In this document: positions 19,275-30,373 of the stretch, one piece after another
Layout: each line of letters begins with the position of its first letter
Position numbering within the stretch: position 1 is the first letter of the stretch
DNA from: Candidatus Methanomethylicia archaeon
GTDB taxonomy: Archaea > Thermoproteota > Methanomethylicia > CALHIW01
Assembly: GCA_038845975.1 (NCBI GenBank)
Contig: JAWBQF010000005.1
Location: 39,468-103,467 of the forward strand
DNA: 64,000 nt
Reading direction: 5' to 3'
The notes under the pieces: model-generated
Told to the model about the DNA's origin: nothing
Databases searched by the model: none
What the model saw: the letters and a program-made list of their open reading frames with translations, nothing else
Translations under genes and position numbers: made by a program

Positions 19275-19931
19275 CTTATCCCCCTAAATATAAGGAAACA
19301 ACATCTTAAATACTTATTGATTAAAATAAGTTGGTAATGTTTAGATAAGTAATGTGAATTTAAGCTTCTATATAGAGTTAATGAATTATTAGATACTTAA
19401 GAGGAAACCATATTATTTTATAATAAGCTAAGCGTAAAGATTATATTAAGAAGTAATCATAGTCCTCATTAAGTCCTCAACCTGAGACTCTATTTAGTTA
19501 TTAGCTGTAAATATTTAAGCCTAATCTTAGCTGTTAATTACTTCTACTAGAAGGAGTTGCGTAGTAGTTGGGGGTATGTGGGTACTAGGATTTAAACTTA
19601 TTAAAAGCATGAATTAGCATTAATGAGTATTTAGGAGTGATTATCATTGTTAAGCTAGGAGGAAATAGTATATGGAAATGAATTACATTAACTTATACGA
19701 TTTAAGGTTAAGAACATATTGGGAGATACGTCTAAATTCATTCTAGAGACTGTTGACAATTAGAATTCTTGACTGATGGAAACTGAGATTTAAAGAATAA
19801 GTAGTCCTCTATCCTAAGTCTCTTAAACTATATCAGCTCCTTAAGCAAAAAACAGTTAAAATACTTAATTGAACACTATCAACAATTTAGTTAAAGTTAA
19901 ATTCGTTAAAGTTTAGAATATATGTGTATTT

Positions 19932-20906
19932 ATGAAGGCAGTTGTGTTTAAAGGTCCTAGAAAGATGGATGTTGAGAATATACCTAATCCATCTTCATCT
20001 AAAGGAGAAGTTCTTGTTAGGTTTAGAGCTGGTAGTATTTGTGGTACGGATTTACATTTTTATCGTGGTGAGTGGAATGTCTTAAGGATTGGACAGGTTA
20101 TTGGCCATGATGCTTGTGGGGAGCTGCTTGATACTAGAGTAAGAGTTGTTATGGTTCCAGTAATTTATTGTGGTTTATGCTGGTATTGTTCTCAAGGTTT
20201 ACCTCATTTATGTGAAAATGGAGGAATTAAAGGTTTTGATTATGATGGTTTCTTCTCAGAGTATGTTGTAGTACCTGAAAGAAATCTTCTTCCAATTCCT
20301 GAGGGTGTAAGTGATGATGAAGCTGCAGTTCTTGAACCTGTTGCTCTTGCAATTCATACTTTAGATATGCTTAATCCTAGAGTTCATGAGTGGGTAACTA
20401 TAATTGGTCAAGGTCCAATAGGTATATTAATGACTCAAATAGCAAAGCTTAAAGGATGTAGAGTTATTGCAATTGATATGCTTGACTATAGATTAAAGCT
20501 TTCAGAAAAATTTGGCGCTGACTTCTGCATTAATGCTCAGAATGAGAATTCAGCTAGTAGAGTTATGGAGATTACTGGAAGGGGATCGGATATAGTGATT
20601 GAGGCTGCGGGAACTAGGCAGGCTGTTGAGCAAACTCCACTCCTAACTAGAAAAGCTGGAAAGATTGCTTTAGTGGGAGGGTTTGATGGCTATCTAGATT
20701 TAGGAGTTGTTGGGGAGATTAAGCTATTTACTAGCCACATTTCCCCCATAGAGTATCCTCTAGCTTTAAGGCTTATAGCTGAAGGAAGGGTAGATGTTAA
20801 AAGCTTAGTAACTCATAGATTTAGGCTAACTGAATTCAAGCAGGCAATAGAAACAGCAAATAATCTATCGGAGAAGCCGGTAAAAGTTATTATTACAGCA
20901 TACTAG
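19932..20906 (+). CDS. Zn-dependent medium-chain dehydrogenase (threonine/sorbitol DH-like)
   Basis: ICGTD, GHD, CGLCWYC..LC structural Zn site, EP, GQGPIG. Confidence 0.85.
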   Translation: MKAVVFKGPRKMDVENIPNPSSSKGEVLVRFRAGSICGTDLHFYRGEWNVLRIGQVIGHDACGELLDTRVRVVMVPVIYCGLCWYCSQGLPHLCENGGIKGFDYDGFFSEYVVVPERNLLPIPEGVSDDEAAVLEPVALAIHTLDMLNPRVHEWVTIIGQGPIGILMTQIAKLKGCRVIAIDMLDYRLKLSEKFGADFCINAQNENSASRVMEITGRGSDIVIEAAGTRQAVEQTPLLTRKAGKIALVGGFDGYLDLGVVGEIKLFTSHISPIEYPLALRLIAEGRVDVKSLVTHRFRLTEFKQAIETANNLSEKPVKVIITAY

Positions 20907-20912
20907 AAGTAG

Positions 20913-21698
20913 TTAACCCAGTATTTTAGATATTGAATCCTCAGTCTTTATCATTAATATCTTTGCCATAATTTTTTCAATAGCTTTAACTGCAGGTGAA
21001 TCCCCGGATATTTTAGTTATGGGTAACCCTCTTAAATCATGTATTAAAATATTTTGATCTTCTGGAATGCAACCTATCAGTTCAAGTTCTATTTTTTCAA
21101 TTTCATCCCTAATATAGTTTAGACTGTTTTTAGGTATTCTATTAGCTACAATGTAGAATCTTCTAATTTTAGTATCTAGCTCAATGGATAAATCTCTTAT
21201 ACGTTTAGCTGTTAGAATTCCCCTTATACTTGGATCGGTAACAATAAGCATTACGTTAACGTCTCTAGTTGTTCTTCTACTTAAATGTTCAAGACCTGCT
21301 TCAGTATCCATGATGACGTAGTCATAGTTTCTAGAAAGCTTATCAATGATTTTCCTAAGAACATGGTTAATGTAACAATAACATCCAGGCCCCTCAGGTC
21401 TACCCATAGGTAGGAGGTCAAATCCATCCCCCTCAGCGATAACCTCGCTATATATAAGATATTCGAAATAGTCTTCTCTCGAGCTTGTTAATTCACCTAT
21501 TTTTAGAAGCTCCTCTCTAACCTCACCTAGCGTCTTTTTAATTTCAATACCTAAAGCCTCATTAAGATTTGTATTTGGATCAGCATCAACGGCAAGTACT
21601 GATCCTAATTTGTTTCTATTAAGATAATCTATGATTAAAGCTGAAACTGTTGTTTTACCTGATCCCCCCTTACCGCTTACCGCAATCGTAAACGTCAT
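20913..21698 (-). CDS. cooC: CooC/AcsF nickel-insertion ATPase
   Basis: GKGGSGKTT, DADPN, GPGCYC, DTEAGLEHLSR. Confidence 0.88.
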   Translation of the reverse strand: MTFTIAVSGKGGSGKTTVSALIIDYLNRNKLGSVLAVDADPNTNLNEALGIEIKKTLGEVREELLKIGELTSSREDYFEYLIYSEVIAEGDGFDLLPMGRPEGPGCYCYINHVLRKIIDKLSRNYDYVIMDTEAGLEHLSRRTTRDVNVMLIVTDPSIRGILTAKRIRDLSIELDTKIRRFYIVANRIPKNSLNYIRDEIEKIELELIGCIPEDQNILIHDLRGLPITKISGDSPAVKAIEKIMAKILMIKTEDSISKILG

Positions 21699-21753
21699 AG
21701 ATTATGCTCAGCCAAGTAGTATATAAATATTTGTTACATTATGGTAATCTTAT

Positions 21754-22218
21754 CTAGCATATATAGCTTGGCCGAATTGTCTTTCTAAAGCTATAAATAC
21801 CCATATATGAATATCCCAACTCTAGTAGGATGCTTAAAGTTAGGTTTCCAATATTTATTAGCTTAACAGTCTTCACTCCTCTTGCACTAAGATAGTCCTC
21901 AACATATTTTAGAAAGTTTTTTAATACTTCTATACCACTACTGGATTTATCATAGATCATTACTGTTAAAGTGGCTTCATCCTCCCTTATATGTGTGTAA
22001 GCTACTCCATACTCAACCTGTCTTTGAAAGGTGTCTGAAGGAACTAGCTCAACAATAACTTTTCTATCATTAACTGTAGAGATTTTAACGTTGAACTTCT
22101 CGCTTTCTATGGATTTAGTAATTCTAAAGGTAATATTGTTATCTATGCTATTTATAATGATTTTAAATCTTCCCAAGCCTGGAACATCAATTTCGCAGCC
22201 TAACATAGTAAATAACAT
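21754..22218 (-). CDS. Hypothetical protein, C-terminus resembles a degenerate GNAT fold
   Basis: Co-oriented ORF between cooT and cooC; SSGIEVLK..LGY pattern. Confidence 0.5.
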   Translation of the reverse strand: MLFTMLGCEIDVPGLGRFKIIINSIDNNITFRITKSIESEKFNVKISTVNDRKVIVELVPSDTFQRQVEYGVAYTHIREDEATLTVMIYDKSSSGIEVLKNFLKYVEDYLSARGVKTVKLINIGNLTLSILLELGYSYMGIYSFRKTIRPSYIC

Positions 22219-22227
22219 ATAGTTTAG

Positions 22228-22566
22228 CTATTTATGTGTTAAAATCCATAGTTTCTTCACCATAGCGTCTCCTTCATTCTTAATCTCTTCCCATAATTTC
22301 TCTATGTCCTCACTATATATTCCCCTATTGATTAATTCACCGTATTTACCTAGGAAAATCAGTAGTTTACCAATAATGCTGCTTCTTTTAATCTTTAAGG
22401 TTTCTGATTGGACATCTACTTCTTCAATAAGAGCTGAAGAAATGGTTTTCCTCATACCTAAAACATTCTTTAATATTATAGTTTCTCCATCAACCTTAGC
22501 ATAAACAACATCATCATATACCTTTTCAACTTCCCCATTCCCAATGAAAACTTTAAATTCACACAT
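22228..22566 (-). CDS. CooT-family nickel-binding protein with C-terminal extension
   Basis: MCE N-terminus, DVV..G..LKNVLG pattern typical of CooT; upstream of cooC. Confidence 0.7.
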   Translation of the reverse strand: MCEFKVFIGNGEVEKVYDDVVYAKVDGETIILKNVLGMRKTISSALIEEVDVQSETLKIKRSSIIGKLLIFLGKYGELINRGIYSEDIEKLWEEIKNEGDAMVKKLWILTHK

Positions 22567-22687
22567 TTTCTCTCATTCTATTAGATTGTAAATTATTTAA
22601 GAGTTTCGCCTACATCATTATGATTAATGGAGCTCCATACCATGTATTGGTTTAGAGTTGCTTTCATTTTACTAGTTATTCAATTTT

Positions 22688-23506
22688 TTATCTTGTAGTA
22701 TATATTATTGGTAAACCTAGTATTTGAGCGGTTAATGCTACGATTAATGGTATAAACAAATTATCCTCAATACTGCATACTTCTGTTAATGTTGCAATTA
22801 GCGAAGTTATAAATGAAGCTAATAGATCCACTCCTAAAACTATTAATATAATGTAGTACACTATAAATCCAGCAATAGATCCCTCAATAGATCTATTCAT
22901 AAACGGTATTAAATGCTTCCCATATTTTTTACCTATAACTGTCGACATGGAGTCTACGGTCATAAGTGCTAATATACCGTAAAAAACATGGTCTCCAAAT
23001 AGAAAATATGAAATTGTTGTACCAAGTACGCCATAGGTTAAACCTATATATCCCCCAATCTTCTCATATCTTCGTTCAATTCTAGATAGCTGTACATCAA
23101 TTAAGTCTTCAATTCTCCTAATAACATCATCAACATCATCTAGAATCTGCAATATAGGCTTCCCTAATGGTATAATTCTAAGAATCTCATCAAATAATGC
23201 TTTCCTACCTGTTCTCATAGCCTTCTTAATATCTGTTCTTAACAATGGTTTCTTAAGCTGTAAAACATTTAATGTTAAAACCGTTATGCTTAGTATTGAG
23301 TAAAGCATTGAAGCGTTAATGTATACCATAGCCTGAAACTTCTCTCCTAGAATATAAGGTGAAATAAGAATTACTGAAAGCAATACATGGATGAGTTTCC
23401 TTAACGCTACCGGGATGAAATTCTTATTTGCATCCTCCACTCTATCTACCGTAGCTGTTATAGTAATGCAGCTATATAACTCTAAGCTATTTAGCATCAA
23501 CTCCAC
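22688..23506 (-). CDS. Polyprenol/phytol/dolichol kinase-family membrane protein
   Basis: RKLIH, DSMSTVIGKKYG, RSIEGS, EDNLFIPL. Confidence 0.75.
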   Translation of the reverse strand: MELMLNSLELYSCITITATVDRVEDANKNFIPVALRKLIHVLLSVILISPYILGEKFQAMVYINASMLYSILSITVLTLNVLQLKKPLLRTDIKKAMRTGRKALFDEILRIIPLGKPILQILDDVDDVIRRIEDLIDVQLSRIERRYEKIGGYIGLTYGVLGTTISYFLFGDHVFYGILALMTVDSMSTVIGKKYGKHLIPFMNRSIEGSIAGFIVYYIILIVLGVDLLASFITSLIATLTEVCSIEDNLFIPLIVALTAQILGLPIIYTTR

Positions 23507-24204
23507 CTGCTCTTGGCATTGGATGTATTAAAATGAATTCTGGGAAAGCTACTTGTTTATCTTTAGCTACACTTGAAATTTTGAATAAACACAGATTCAG
23601 ATTCTCGAATATGTTAATTAACGTAAAGTTGACAACACTAATTGAAGCTGCATTACTTTACAGCATTGCAAAAAGAGTTGTAGGTGCATTTCTTTCCATA
23701 ACTCTCATAAGAATCAGATATGGTATTGGAGAAGAGAAATTTAAAGGATTTGTAAATGTGCTAAGAGTGGTTGAAGAGAGAGTCTTTAAAGCTGCTGGCA
23801 ACAAAGTTCTGGTTCTTGAAACAAGTGTTAATGATATTAGTGGAGAAACTATTAGTTATGTAATCACTAAGTTGTTTAAAGAAGGAGCCATAGATGTTTT
23901 CATTATTTAGGCTATTGGAAAAAGGAATCAACCAGTATAATATCTGTAGTATTTGACTATGAAAATCATGAAACCCCCGAAAACTTTAATTGAGGAAAAA
24001 GGACTGTTAGAAATCAGGATTTATGAAGTGCAAAGACTTGTTGCTGAAAGAAAAAAGAGTATAGATGTGGATAAGACGGAAAGTATCAGCTCACAATTAA
24101 AATCAAGAATTAGCAATAAAATCATTAATGTGAAGCCTAAATATGAAGATCTTAAAATTCCACTAGGAGTTGTTTTATGTAAGGTAGGAAGCATATTGGA
24201 ATGA
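23506..24204 (+). pseudogene. larC: LarC (nickel-pincer cofactor nickel insertase) remnant
   Basis: ATLEIL, LTT..AALL, YGIG, NVLRV, VLETSVNDISGE, GAIDV, KPKYED; internal stops and frameshift at 23908-23955; N-terminus absent. Confidence 0.7.
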
Positions 24205-24922
24205 AGCTTAGCGTTGAGAATGTATTTATCTAGTGGAAACTTAGTATGATTAAATAGACATTTATGTAGCGTCCTAATCTGGCAGACTTCACATGAACTG
24301 GTTAAATCCGCTCATAAACTCGTGCTGAAGCAAACAGAGGAGAAAATATAGGCTTTTTAGTGAATTCAAAAACATAGTAAAAAGAATTTTTATTGTCTGA
24401 ACAGTTATTTTCTCATTACTTTACCAAACTCTACTTGAAAACCATGTTTAATAATGAATAGTATTGATGGATTTTAAGAAGAAGTTTCTTGTAGTTTAGT
24501 TATCTTTCTGTTGCTCTACTAGTTTCTATCCTTTTTCACTATGTTTCTAATTTTCTAATGTAATGCTTATTAGCTTTAGATTTTCGGTTTAGTACATTTA
24601 CTGTGCTAGTTTGAACTTTCAGGATGTCCCCAGTAGGCAAACCAAGGATGACTATCGAATCCCTCATAAATCTTCTCTTATCCTTGCTTTTTCATAATAG
24701 TTTAAATGTCTTTGATATATTTATCCATTGTTTACTGTTCACGTAGCAATCTAGAATAGATTTAAATATTGAATACTAATACTTATATGTGAAAACATGA
24801 AGATAGTAATAAGTAAACAGCCGTTGATAGGTAGTAAATTTATAATTTCATTAGTTAAAGATAAGGAGATAATTAAGGAAACTAAAGAAATAATTTTATT
24901 ATTGTGAGAGAGTGAAAAATTC

Positions 24923-26128
24923 ATGGCTATCAGAGAGTTAAAACCTGGCATTTACTATGTGGGCGTGATAGACTGGGATAGAAGACTGTTTGATGAGCTT
25001 ATCCCGCTACCGAATGGTACGAGTTATAATGCCTACCTAGTGAAAGGTAGCGAGAAGGTTGCTATCATAGACACTGTTGATCCAGTAAAGAAGCAAGAAC
25101 TCATAGAAAACCTTCAAAGGCTTGGAGTTGAAAGAATAGATTATGTTGTTGCTAACCATGCAGAGCAAGATCATTCCGGAGCTATACCCTCCGTATTAGA
25201 GTTGTATCCTGAAGCTAAGGTTGTAACCAATATGAGATGTAGAGATATGCTTATAGATTTACTTCAAGTTCCAAGTGATAAATTCATAACGGTAAGTGAT
25301 GGGGATACCCTACCACTAGGTGGTAAAACTCTTGAATTCATCCTTGCTCCATGGGTTCACTGGCCTGAAACCATGTTCACCTATCTAAGAGAATACAGTA
25401 TCCTATTTACATGTGATTTCCTCGGTTCTCATTTAGCAACAAGCGATTTGTTTGTAGTGGATGAGACAAAGGTGTATGAAGCTGCTAAACGATATTATGC
25501 GGAGATCATGATGCCCTTTAGAGCAATGATCAAGAAGAATTTAGAAAAAATAAAGAATTTAAAGATTGAAATAGTTGCTCCAAGTCATGGTCCAGTTTAT
25601 AGTAGGCCTGAATTCATTTTAAATGCCTATAGGGAATGGATTTCTGATAATGTAAGGAATGAAGTAGTTATACCGTATATTTCAATGCATGGTAGTACAG
25701 GTAGAATGATAAGCTACTTTGTGAATGCATTAATTGAAAGAGGAATAACTGTAAAGCCATTTAATCTATCTAAAACAGATATTGGAGAGCTTGCAATAGC
25801 TCTTGTAGATGCTGCTACTATTGTGATTGCATCTCCTACTGTTTTAGCTGGTCCACATCCAAGTGTTCTATACGTAGTCTATCTTACTAATATTTTAAAA
25901 CCAAAACTGAAATATGCATCTGTAATTGGTTCTTATGGATGGGGAGGGAGAATGCTGGAGCAAATTACTGGATTACTAGCTAGTCTACAGGTGGAACTTC
26001 TTAAGCCAGTTATCATTAAGGGATATCCAAGAATAGAGGATTTAAAGGAGCTGGATAGACTAGCAGATGATATTCTTAGAAAGCATAGAGAGCTAGGCAT
26101 CACTACTAGTAATATAGCTTTTAGATAG
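24923..26128 (+). CDS. fprA: Flavodiiron protein FprA
   Basis: GTSYNAYL, NHAEQDHSG, HWPE, PSHG, flavodoxin SMHGST and GSYGW. Confidence 0.93.
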   Translation: MAIRELKPGIYYVGVIDWDRRLFDELIPLPNGTSYNAYLVKGSEKVAIIDTVDPVKKQELIENLQRLGVERIDYVVANHAEQDHSGAIPSVLELYPEAKVVTNMRCRDMLIDLLQVPSDKFITVSDGDTLPLGGKTLEFILAPWVHWPETMFTYLREYSILFTCDFLGSHLATSDLFVVDETKVYEAAKRYYAEIMMPFRAMIKKNLEKIKNLKIEIVAPSHGPVYSRPEFILNAYREWISDNVRNEVVIPYISMHGSTGRMISYFVNALIERGITVKPFNLSKTDIGELAIALVDAATIVIASPTVLAGPHPSVLYVVYLTNILKPKLKYASVIGSYGWGGRMLEQITGLLASLQVELLKPVIIKGYPRIEDLKELDRLADDILRKHRELGITTSNIAFR

Positions 26129-26131
26129 TTT

Positions 26132-26779
26132 ATGGGGATAATTGAAACATTAACTAGAAATCTATTATACCATGTAAGTCAAAGAGTAAAGGAATTTAAA
26201 ACTCTTGGTAAAAATGGAAGTGTAATCTTTGATTTTAATCCATTTATAGATTTAAGAATATATTCTACTTTAAAGCTTGAACTTGCATTCTGCATATCCG
26301 TAGCAAATAGTAAGGCATTAAATGGATTGCTTTTCCAGAACTCTATAATGGAGTGGGATTTAGAGAATAGAGAAATTGTTAGGAAAACTCTGGAAAACTC
26401 TAGAATTAGATTTTATAATAGGAAGACCGAGTACATTATCAAATCTATTCAAAAATTTAATCTAATCAATAATATTCTAGATAAGAATACCTATACAGTA
26501 AGAGAATGGCTAGTAGAGAATGTGAAGGGTTTAGGATATAAGGAGGCAAGCCATTTTTTAAGGAATATTGGAAGGGATGATGTAGCAATTATAGATAGAC
26601 ATGTTTTAAGATATCTTCATAAAAATAATTATATAGATAAAATACCTGGAAATCTATCAAGGAAAACTTATCTTGAAATAGAAAAAATACTAGAAGATAT
26701 TGCTGATGAAAATGATTTAAATCTAGCTGAGCTTGATCTATATATATGGTATTATGAAACGGGTAAAATATTAAAATAG
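26132..26779 (+). CDS. ogg: 8-oxoguanine N-glycosylase/DNA lyase
   Basis: ELAFCI, IRFYN, VKGLGYKEASHFLRNIG, IIDRH, ELDLYIWY..TGKILK. Confidence 0.9.
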   Translation: MGIIETLTRNLLYHVSQRVKEFKTLGKNGSVIFDFNPFIDLRIYSTLKLELAFCISVANSKALNGLLFQNSIMEWDLENREIVRKTLENSRIRFYNRKTEYIIKSIQKFNLINNILDKNTYTVREWLVENVKGLGYKEASHFLRNIGRDDVAIIDRHVLRYLHKNNYIDKIPGNLSRKTYLEIEKILEDIADENDLNLAELDLYIWYYETGKILK

Positions 26780-26780
26780 C

Positions 26781-27488
26781 TTACATAATTTGATTTACTA
26801 TGTTTCTTACTGCTCTTCTCATATCCTCTGCTTCGTAGACAGCTCTTCCAACTATTATATGCCAACTGTTACCTAATATTTCTACTATGTTAGTTATTAC
26901 TCCGCCTTGAACTATAATTCCTGGTAAGTAAAAGGTTAACTCTTTAACTATGGGTTTAAGAAGCTTCTTATAGTATTTAATTCTCTCAATTTTATTCCCT
27001 GGAATAATGAAGTTATCTACTCCAAGTTTCGCTGCAAGTAAATATATTTCATCTATGGCATCATCATCAATATATCCCCCCTCACTTCTCCTATACTTAG
27101 GATGTGTCATTTCACCACCAATTATTACACTTAATCCTACATCTTTACAGGCATTAATCCATGCTTCCTGTGTTACTGGTCCCGACTGAGGGAAACCAAT
27201 TAAAGCATTTACACCCGATTCTTTAACAGCTACTACAAATTTCTTGCCTAAATCCGGTATATCTGTCATTGCTTTCTGATGATCGTAAATTATCGGTAAA
27301 TCCGTAAATTCCCGAATTATCTGAACTATGGATGGTAAACCGTAACGTAAAGCTAATATGGAGCCGACCTTATATCCTCCCAATCTCTCTACATCATGTG
27401 TTTGTTCAACTAGTTTTCTAAGTTTTTCCTTGCTTTCAACATCACAAGCAATAATAATACTTCTATCATACTTTACTATTCCACCCAT
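26781..27488 (-). CDS. pyrF: Orotidine 5'-phosphate decarboxylase family
   Basis: IIIACD, GYKVG, DHQKAMTDIP, PGI..QGG, IVGRAVY. Confidence 0.75.
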   Translation of the reverse strand: MGGIVKYDRSIIIACDVESKEKLRKLVEQTHDVERLGGYKVGSILALRYGLPSIVQIIREFTDLPIIYDHQKAMTDIPDLGKKFVVAVKESGVNALIGFPQSGPVTQEAWINACKDVGLSVIIGGEMTHPKYRRSEGGYIDDDAIDEIYLLAAKLGVDNFIIPGNKIERIKYYKKLLKPIVKELTFYLPGIIVQGGVITNIVEILGNSWHIIVGRAVYEAEDMRRAVRNIVNQIM

Positions 27489-27521
27489 AGATTTCAGCTC
27501 AAATCCACTACTTATACTAGT

Positions 27522-28406
27522 TTATAAAGATTCATTTTCATAGAGATTGCTTCTACATGTTCTTCTAAAAATCACAATTGGGTAGTGTTTAAGTTTCTCC
27601 AACATCTCCCACGTTACTGAGCTTAGATTAACATTAAACTGTGCTGCAGTATCCCATATTGTTCCCCCTCTACTTCTTCTAAGTTTATGTGAGGTTCCTG
27701 AAATATGTAGTATTTCATCAATATCTAGATCTACATTACATATACCTACAGGTGTAGCTCTCTCCCTAAGCTTAAATACCCTGCCAATAATGAATGTAAT
27801 AAAACCTCCAAAATGTTTTAATCCCCTAACATTTAGATGTCTAGGTGCTAAGTGAATATTCCTCCATGAGAAGGTTACATCACCATCCACAATTATAACT
27901 CCAACTCTAACTCCTAGTTTCTCTCTGATTGCCTCATGTATTGATTTAGCTATTTTATTAGCATTCCTTAAGGGAAGTGCTACAAGCGTGTAGGGAAGAT
28001 TACTTGCATCAATTCCCCCTTCAGAGTAGTGACGTAGTGTTTGAAGTACCCCTACGATTCTGAATACTAGTTCTTTATGTTTAGCTCCATAATCTAATGG
28101 GTAGTTTCTAAGTCTTATTAGATTTTCATGTTTAAGCTTACAGAGCGGTCCTAGAATATATCCCCAAATAATTCTCATCCATACTTTAGCTAGAAACTTT
28201 GAGAAGCTTGATGGTTTAATCTTAGACTCATCTATAAGATATCCGAGAGCCGTAGATATTGCCTTTTCTGAAATAGTAATTATATCATTATCTCTAATTC
28301 TACCTTTCAAAGCCTTAACAATTTCGTTTATGAAATCTGTTCCTGGATACCAGAAGCATGTTCTGATTTTTAATACTTTATATTTCATACTGATTAACAC
28401 TTCCAT
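27522..28406 (-). CDS. CofE-like gamma-glutamyl ligase family protein
   Basis: DIITISEKAIS, GGIDASNLP, VIIVDGD, TPV. Confidence 0.65.
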   Translation of the reverse strand: MEVLISMKYKVLKIRTCFWYPGTDFINEIVKALKGRIRDNDIITISEKAISTALGYLIDESKIKPSSFSKFLAKVWMRIIWGYILGPLCKLKHENLIRLRNYPLDYGAKHKELVFRIVGVLQTLRHYSEGGIDASNLPYTLVALPLRNANKIAKSIHEAIREKLGVRVGVIIVDGDVTFSWRNIHLAPRHLNVRGLKHFGGFITFIIGRVFKLRERATPVGICNVDLDIDEILHISGTSHKLRRSRGGTIWDTAAQFNVNLSSVTWEMLEKLKHYPIVIFRRTCRSNLYENESL

Positions 28407-28880
28407 ATTAGTTACAGTTTAGTATTCATCTTATCTACGTATCCCTAATTTTACTATTACTAACTAAATTTTAAATTTGCCAACTCTATAACCCGTTAAT
28501 CCTGAATATTTAGCGTAATATATTTTCTACGAGCTAGTATAATTCCATCACTAATAGTTTTCCCATATAGATCTTAATATAGACATCATGATGATTCTTA
28601 ATGTCTACATAAGTTTAGATTGTGTAAGCTTACATTTAGTTATTAAATGGCTTAACTGATTGATTTAACGATAAATCTCCTAATACCTTAAGATGCTAAA
28701 CTCTTTAGGTAATGTTGTATTGAAAAGCCTAACATATAAATATTCAAAGCTTGGAAAGTTTAAATATTTAATTTAAGAGTCTATGAAAGTTAAGGCTACA
28801 TACTGGTTTTAATTGGTTTGAAGTATTACTAGTCTAGCAAAGGTTTTAATAGATCTCTGTAATTAAATATTTGGTGTTGT

Positions 28881-29183
28881 ATGATGGCGGATGAGGAAAC
28901 TATGAAGGTAATGTTTCCTAATCTATATAGGGAGGTTAAAGCTAAGAGAAGATGTATTAGAATAGATGCTGTTAGAACGAGTATAGATGAGGCGGAAGCT
29001 ATAGCTTCAGATCCATATAAGCTTGATGTTATATACTTTCTACGTAAAAGCAGGAATGTTAAGGAGGCTGAAGAGGTTATAGCCTTCTATGAGAGAATAG
29101 GTGAAATAAATGCTGAGTATGCTAATTCTTTAAGAAAGCAGTTACACGAGAAGGGTTTAAGAAGCTTCCAAACACTTCTGTAA
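28881..29183 (+). CDS. DUF2095-like archaeal protein
   Basis: FPNLYRE, DVIYFLR, EAEEVI...GEI..EYA..LR.QL..KGLRSF pattern. Confidence 0.65.
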   Translation: MMADEETMKVMFPNLYREVKAKRRCIRIDAVRTSIDEAEAIASDPYKLDVIYFLRKSRNVKEAEEVIAFYERIGEINAEYANSLRKQLHEKGLRSFQTLL

Positions 29184-29295
29184 TGAGCTGTTTAAAGAGA
29201 AGATTGATTAGAGCTTATCTTGTGAATTTAGATATGTACTTGATGGTTTAGGATAATAATGTACTAAGGATTAGGTAATGGAAATACTTATCTAA

Positions 29296-30369
29296 TTAAC
29301 TTAGAATCCAGCTGTCTGGCTTAATATAGTCTAATCCTCTAGCTTCAAATGTACCTACAGTTACCCTAAAGTACTTTTGTTTATAGTATAGGTCTTCAAC
29401 TTCCTCTAGCTTACCCTGTACAGTTATTGTTTCTCCAGCTGAAGCTAAGTCACAATATAGTCCTTCATAGCTAACAACTTCACGAATTTCTGAAATCCAT
29501 TTTCCCTCTAGGAAACGTACGTTTTTAACTATGTATTTACATGGTAGGAATATGGAGTCTCTATCATCAACAACTTGGCAGCGTATTCTTACTATACCTT
29601 TAGGAGTATATCGAAATCTACCATATTCCTCCTCATCAATGTTAACTGGATGTATTGAAAACTGTCTACCTTGGAATACTGCTCTATTCCACTTCGTACT
29701 GTAGAGTTTTATAGCTTCATCAATTTTTAGTGGATGTATTTTAACTATTTCCTCAGCCCATTGCTTAAGCATGTTCCCCTTAGGCCTATGGAATCCGTAA
29801 GCTTCCTCCTCTAGAAGCCTTCTTACAGTCTCCCTAATCTTAACTGAGTTTTCCCTTCCATATGTTACTAGATCAATATCTGAGTATTGTTGGTTATGTA
29901 TTTTAAGAAGTATTGAGCCTGTTATACCTATGTTTTCCATACTTACATTACTTTCACTACTAATAATTTTAACAAGTCTTAATGCATGTTCTTCAAGAGG
30001 ATCCTTAACCTCACTAATGATTTCCCTTAGTCTTACTTCAGGTAGAAAGTGCTTAACTATTTTCTCACGTGGTACAGCTGTAAATTCTATATTCATGTAT
30101 GGATCAAGATAAATGTAGTTACTACATCTAGATTTAAGGTATTCCTGAACCTGTAAGACACCTAGAGCACTATAGTTTGGTAATATTCTACTGAACGTTT
30201 TCCCATTTCTACTCCATTTGGTTCTTACAGCTTCATTTCTAAGACCTGGAATATATTTTAAATAGGCTATAACTCTATCTGGTGGATGAGTATTACCTAT
30301 AACGCAGAATACTGCTCCATCAATATCTTCAATGAAATCCTTATCTCTAAATTTCCTACCCATTTTCAC
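29296..30369 (-). CDS. Predicted nucleotidyltransferase (COG1665-like)
   Basis: RDKDF, HPPDRVIAYLKY, GITGSIL..SDIDLVTYG, GKLEEV. Confidence 0.75.
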   Translation of the reverse strand: MKMGRKFRDKDFIEDIDGAVFCVIGNTHPPDRVIAYLKYIPGLRNEAVRTKWSRNGKTFSRILPNYSALGVLQVQEYLKSRCSNYIYLDPYMNIEFTAVPREKIVKHFLPEVRLREIISEVKDPLEEHALRLVKIISSESNVSMENIGITGSILLKIHNQQYSDIDLVTYGRENSVKIRETVRRLLEEEAYGFHRPKGNMLKQWAEEIVKIHPLKIDEAIKLYSTKWNRAVFQGRQFSIHPVNIDEEEYGRFRYTPKGIVRIRCQVVDDRDSIFLPCKYIVKNVRFLEGKWISEIREVVSYEGLYCDLASAGETITVQGKLEEVEDLYYKQKYFRVTVGTFEARGLDYIKPDSWILS

Positions 30370-30373
30370 ACCA

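Noticed and set aside
19300-19900. 600-bp intergenic region as possible ncRNA or gene
   Set aside because: AT-rich, with no stable stems, box motifs or sustained reading frame found
24240-24951. ORF 24751-24951 and fragments at 24260-24750
   Set aside because: The ORF overlaps the fprA start/promoter on the opposite strand; the other fragments are unassignable
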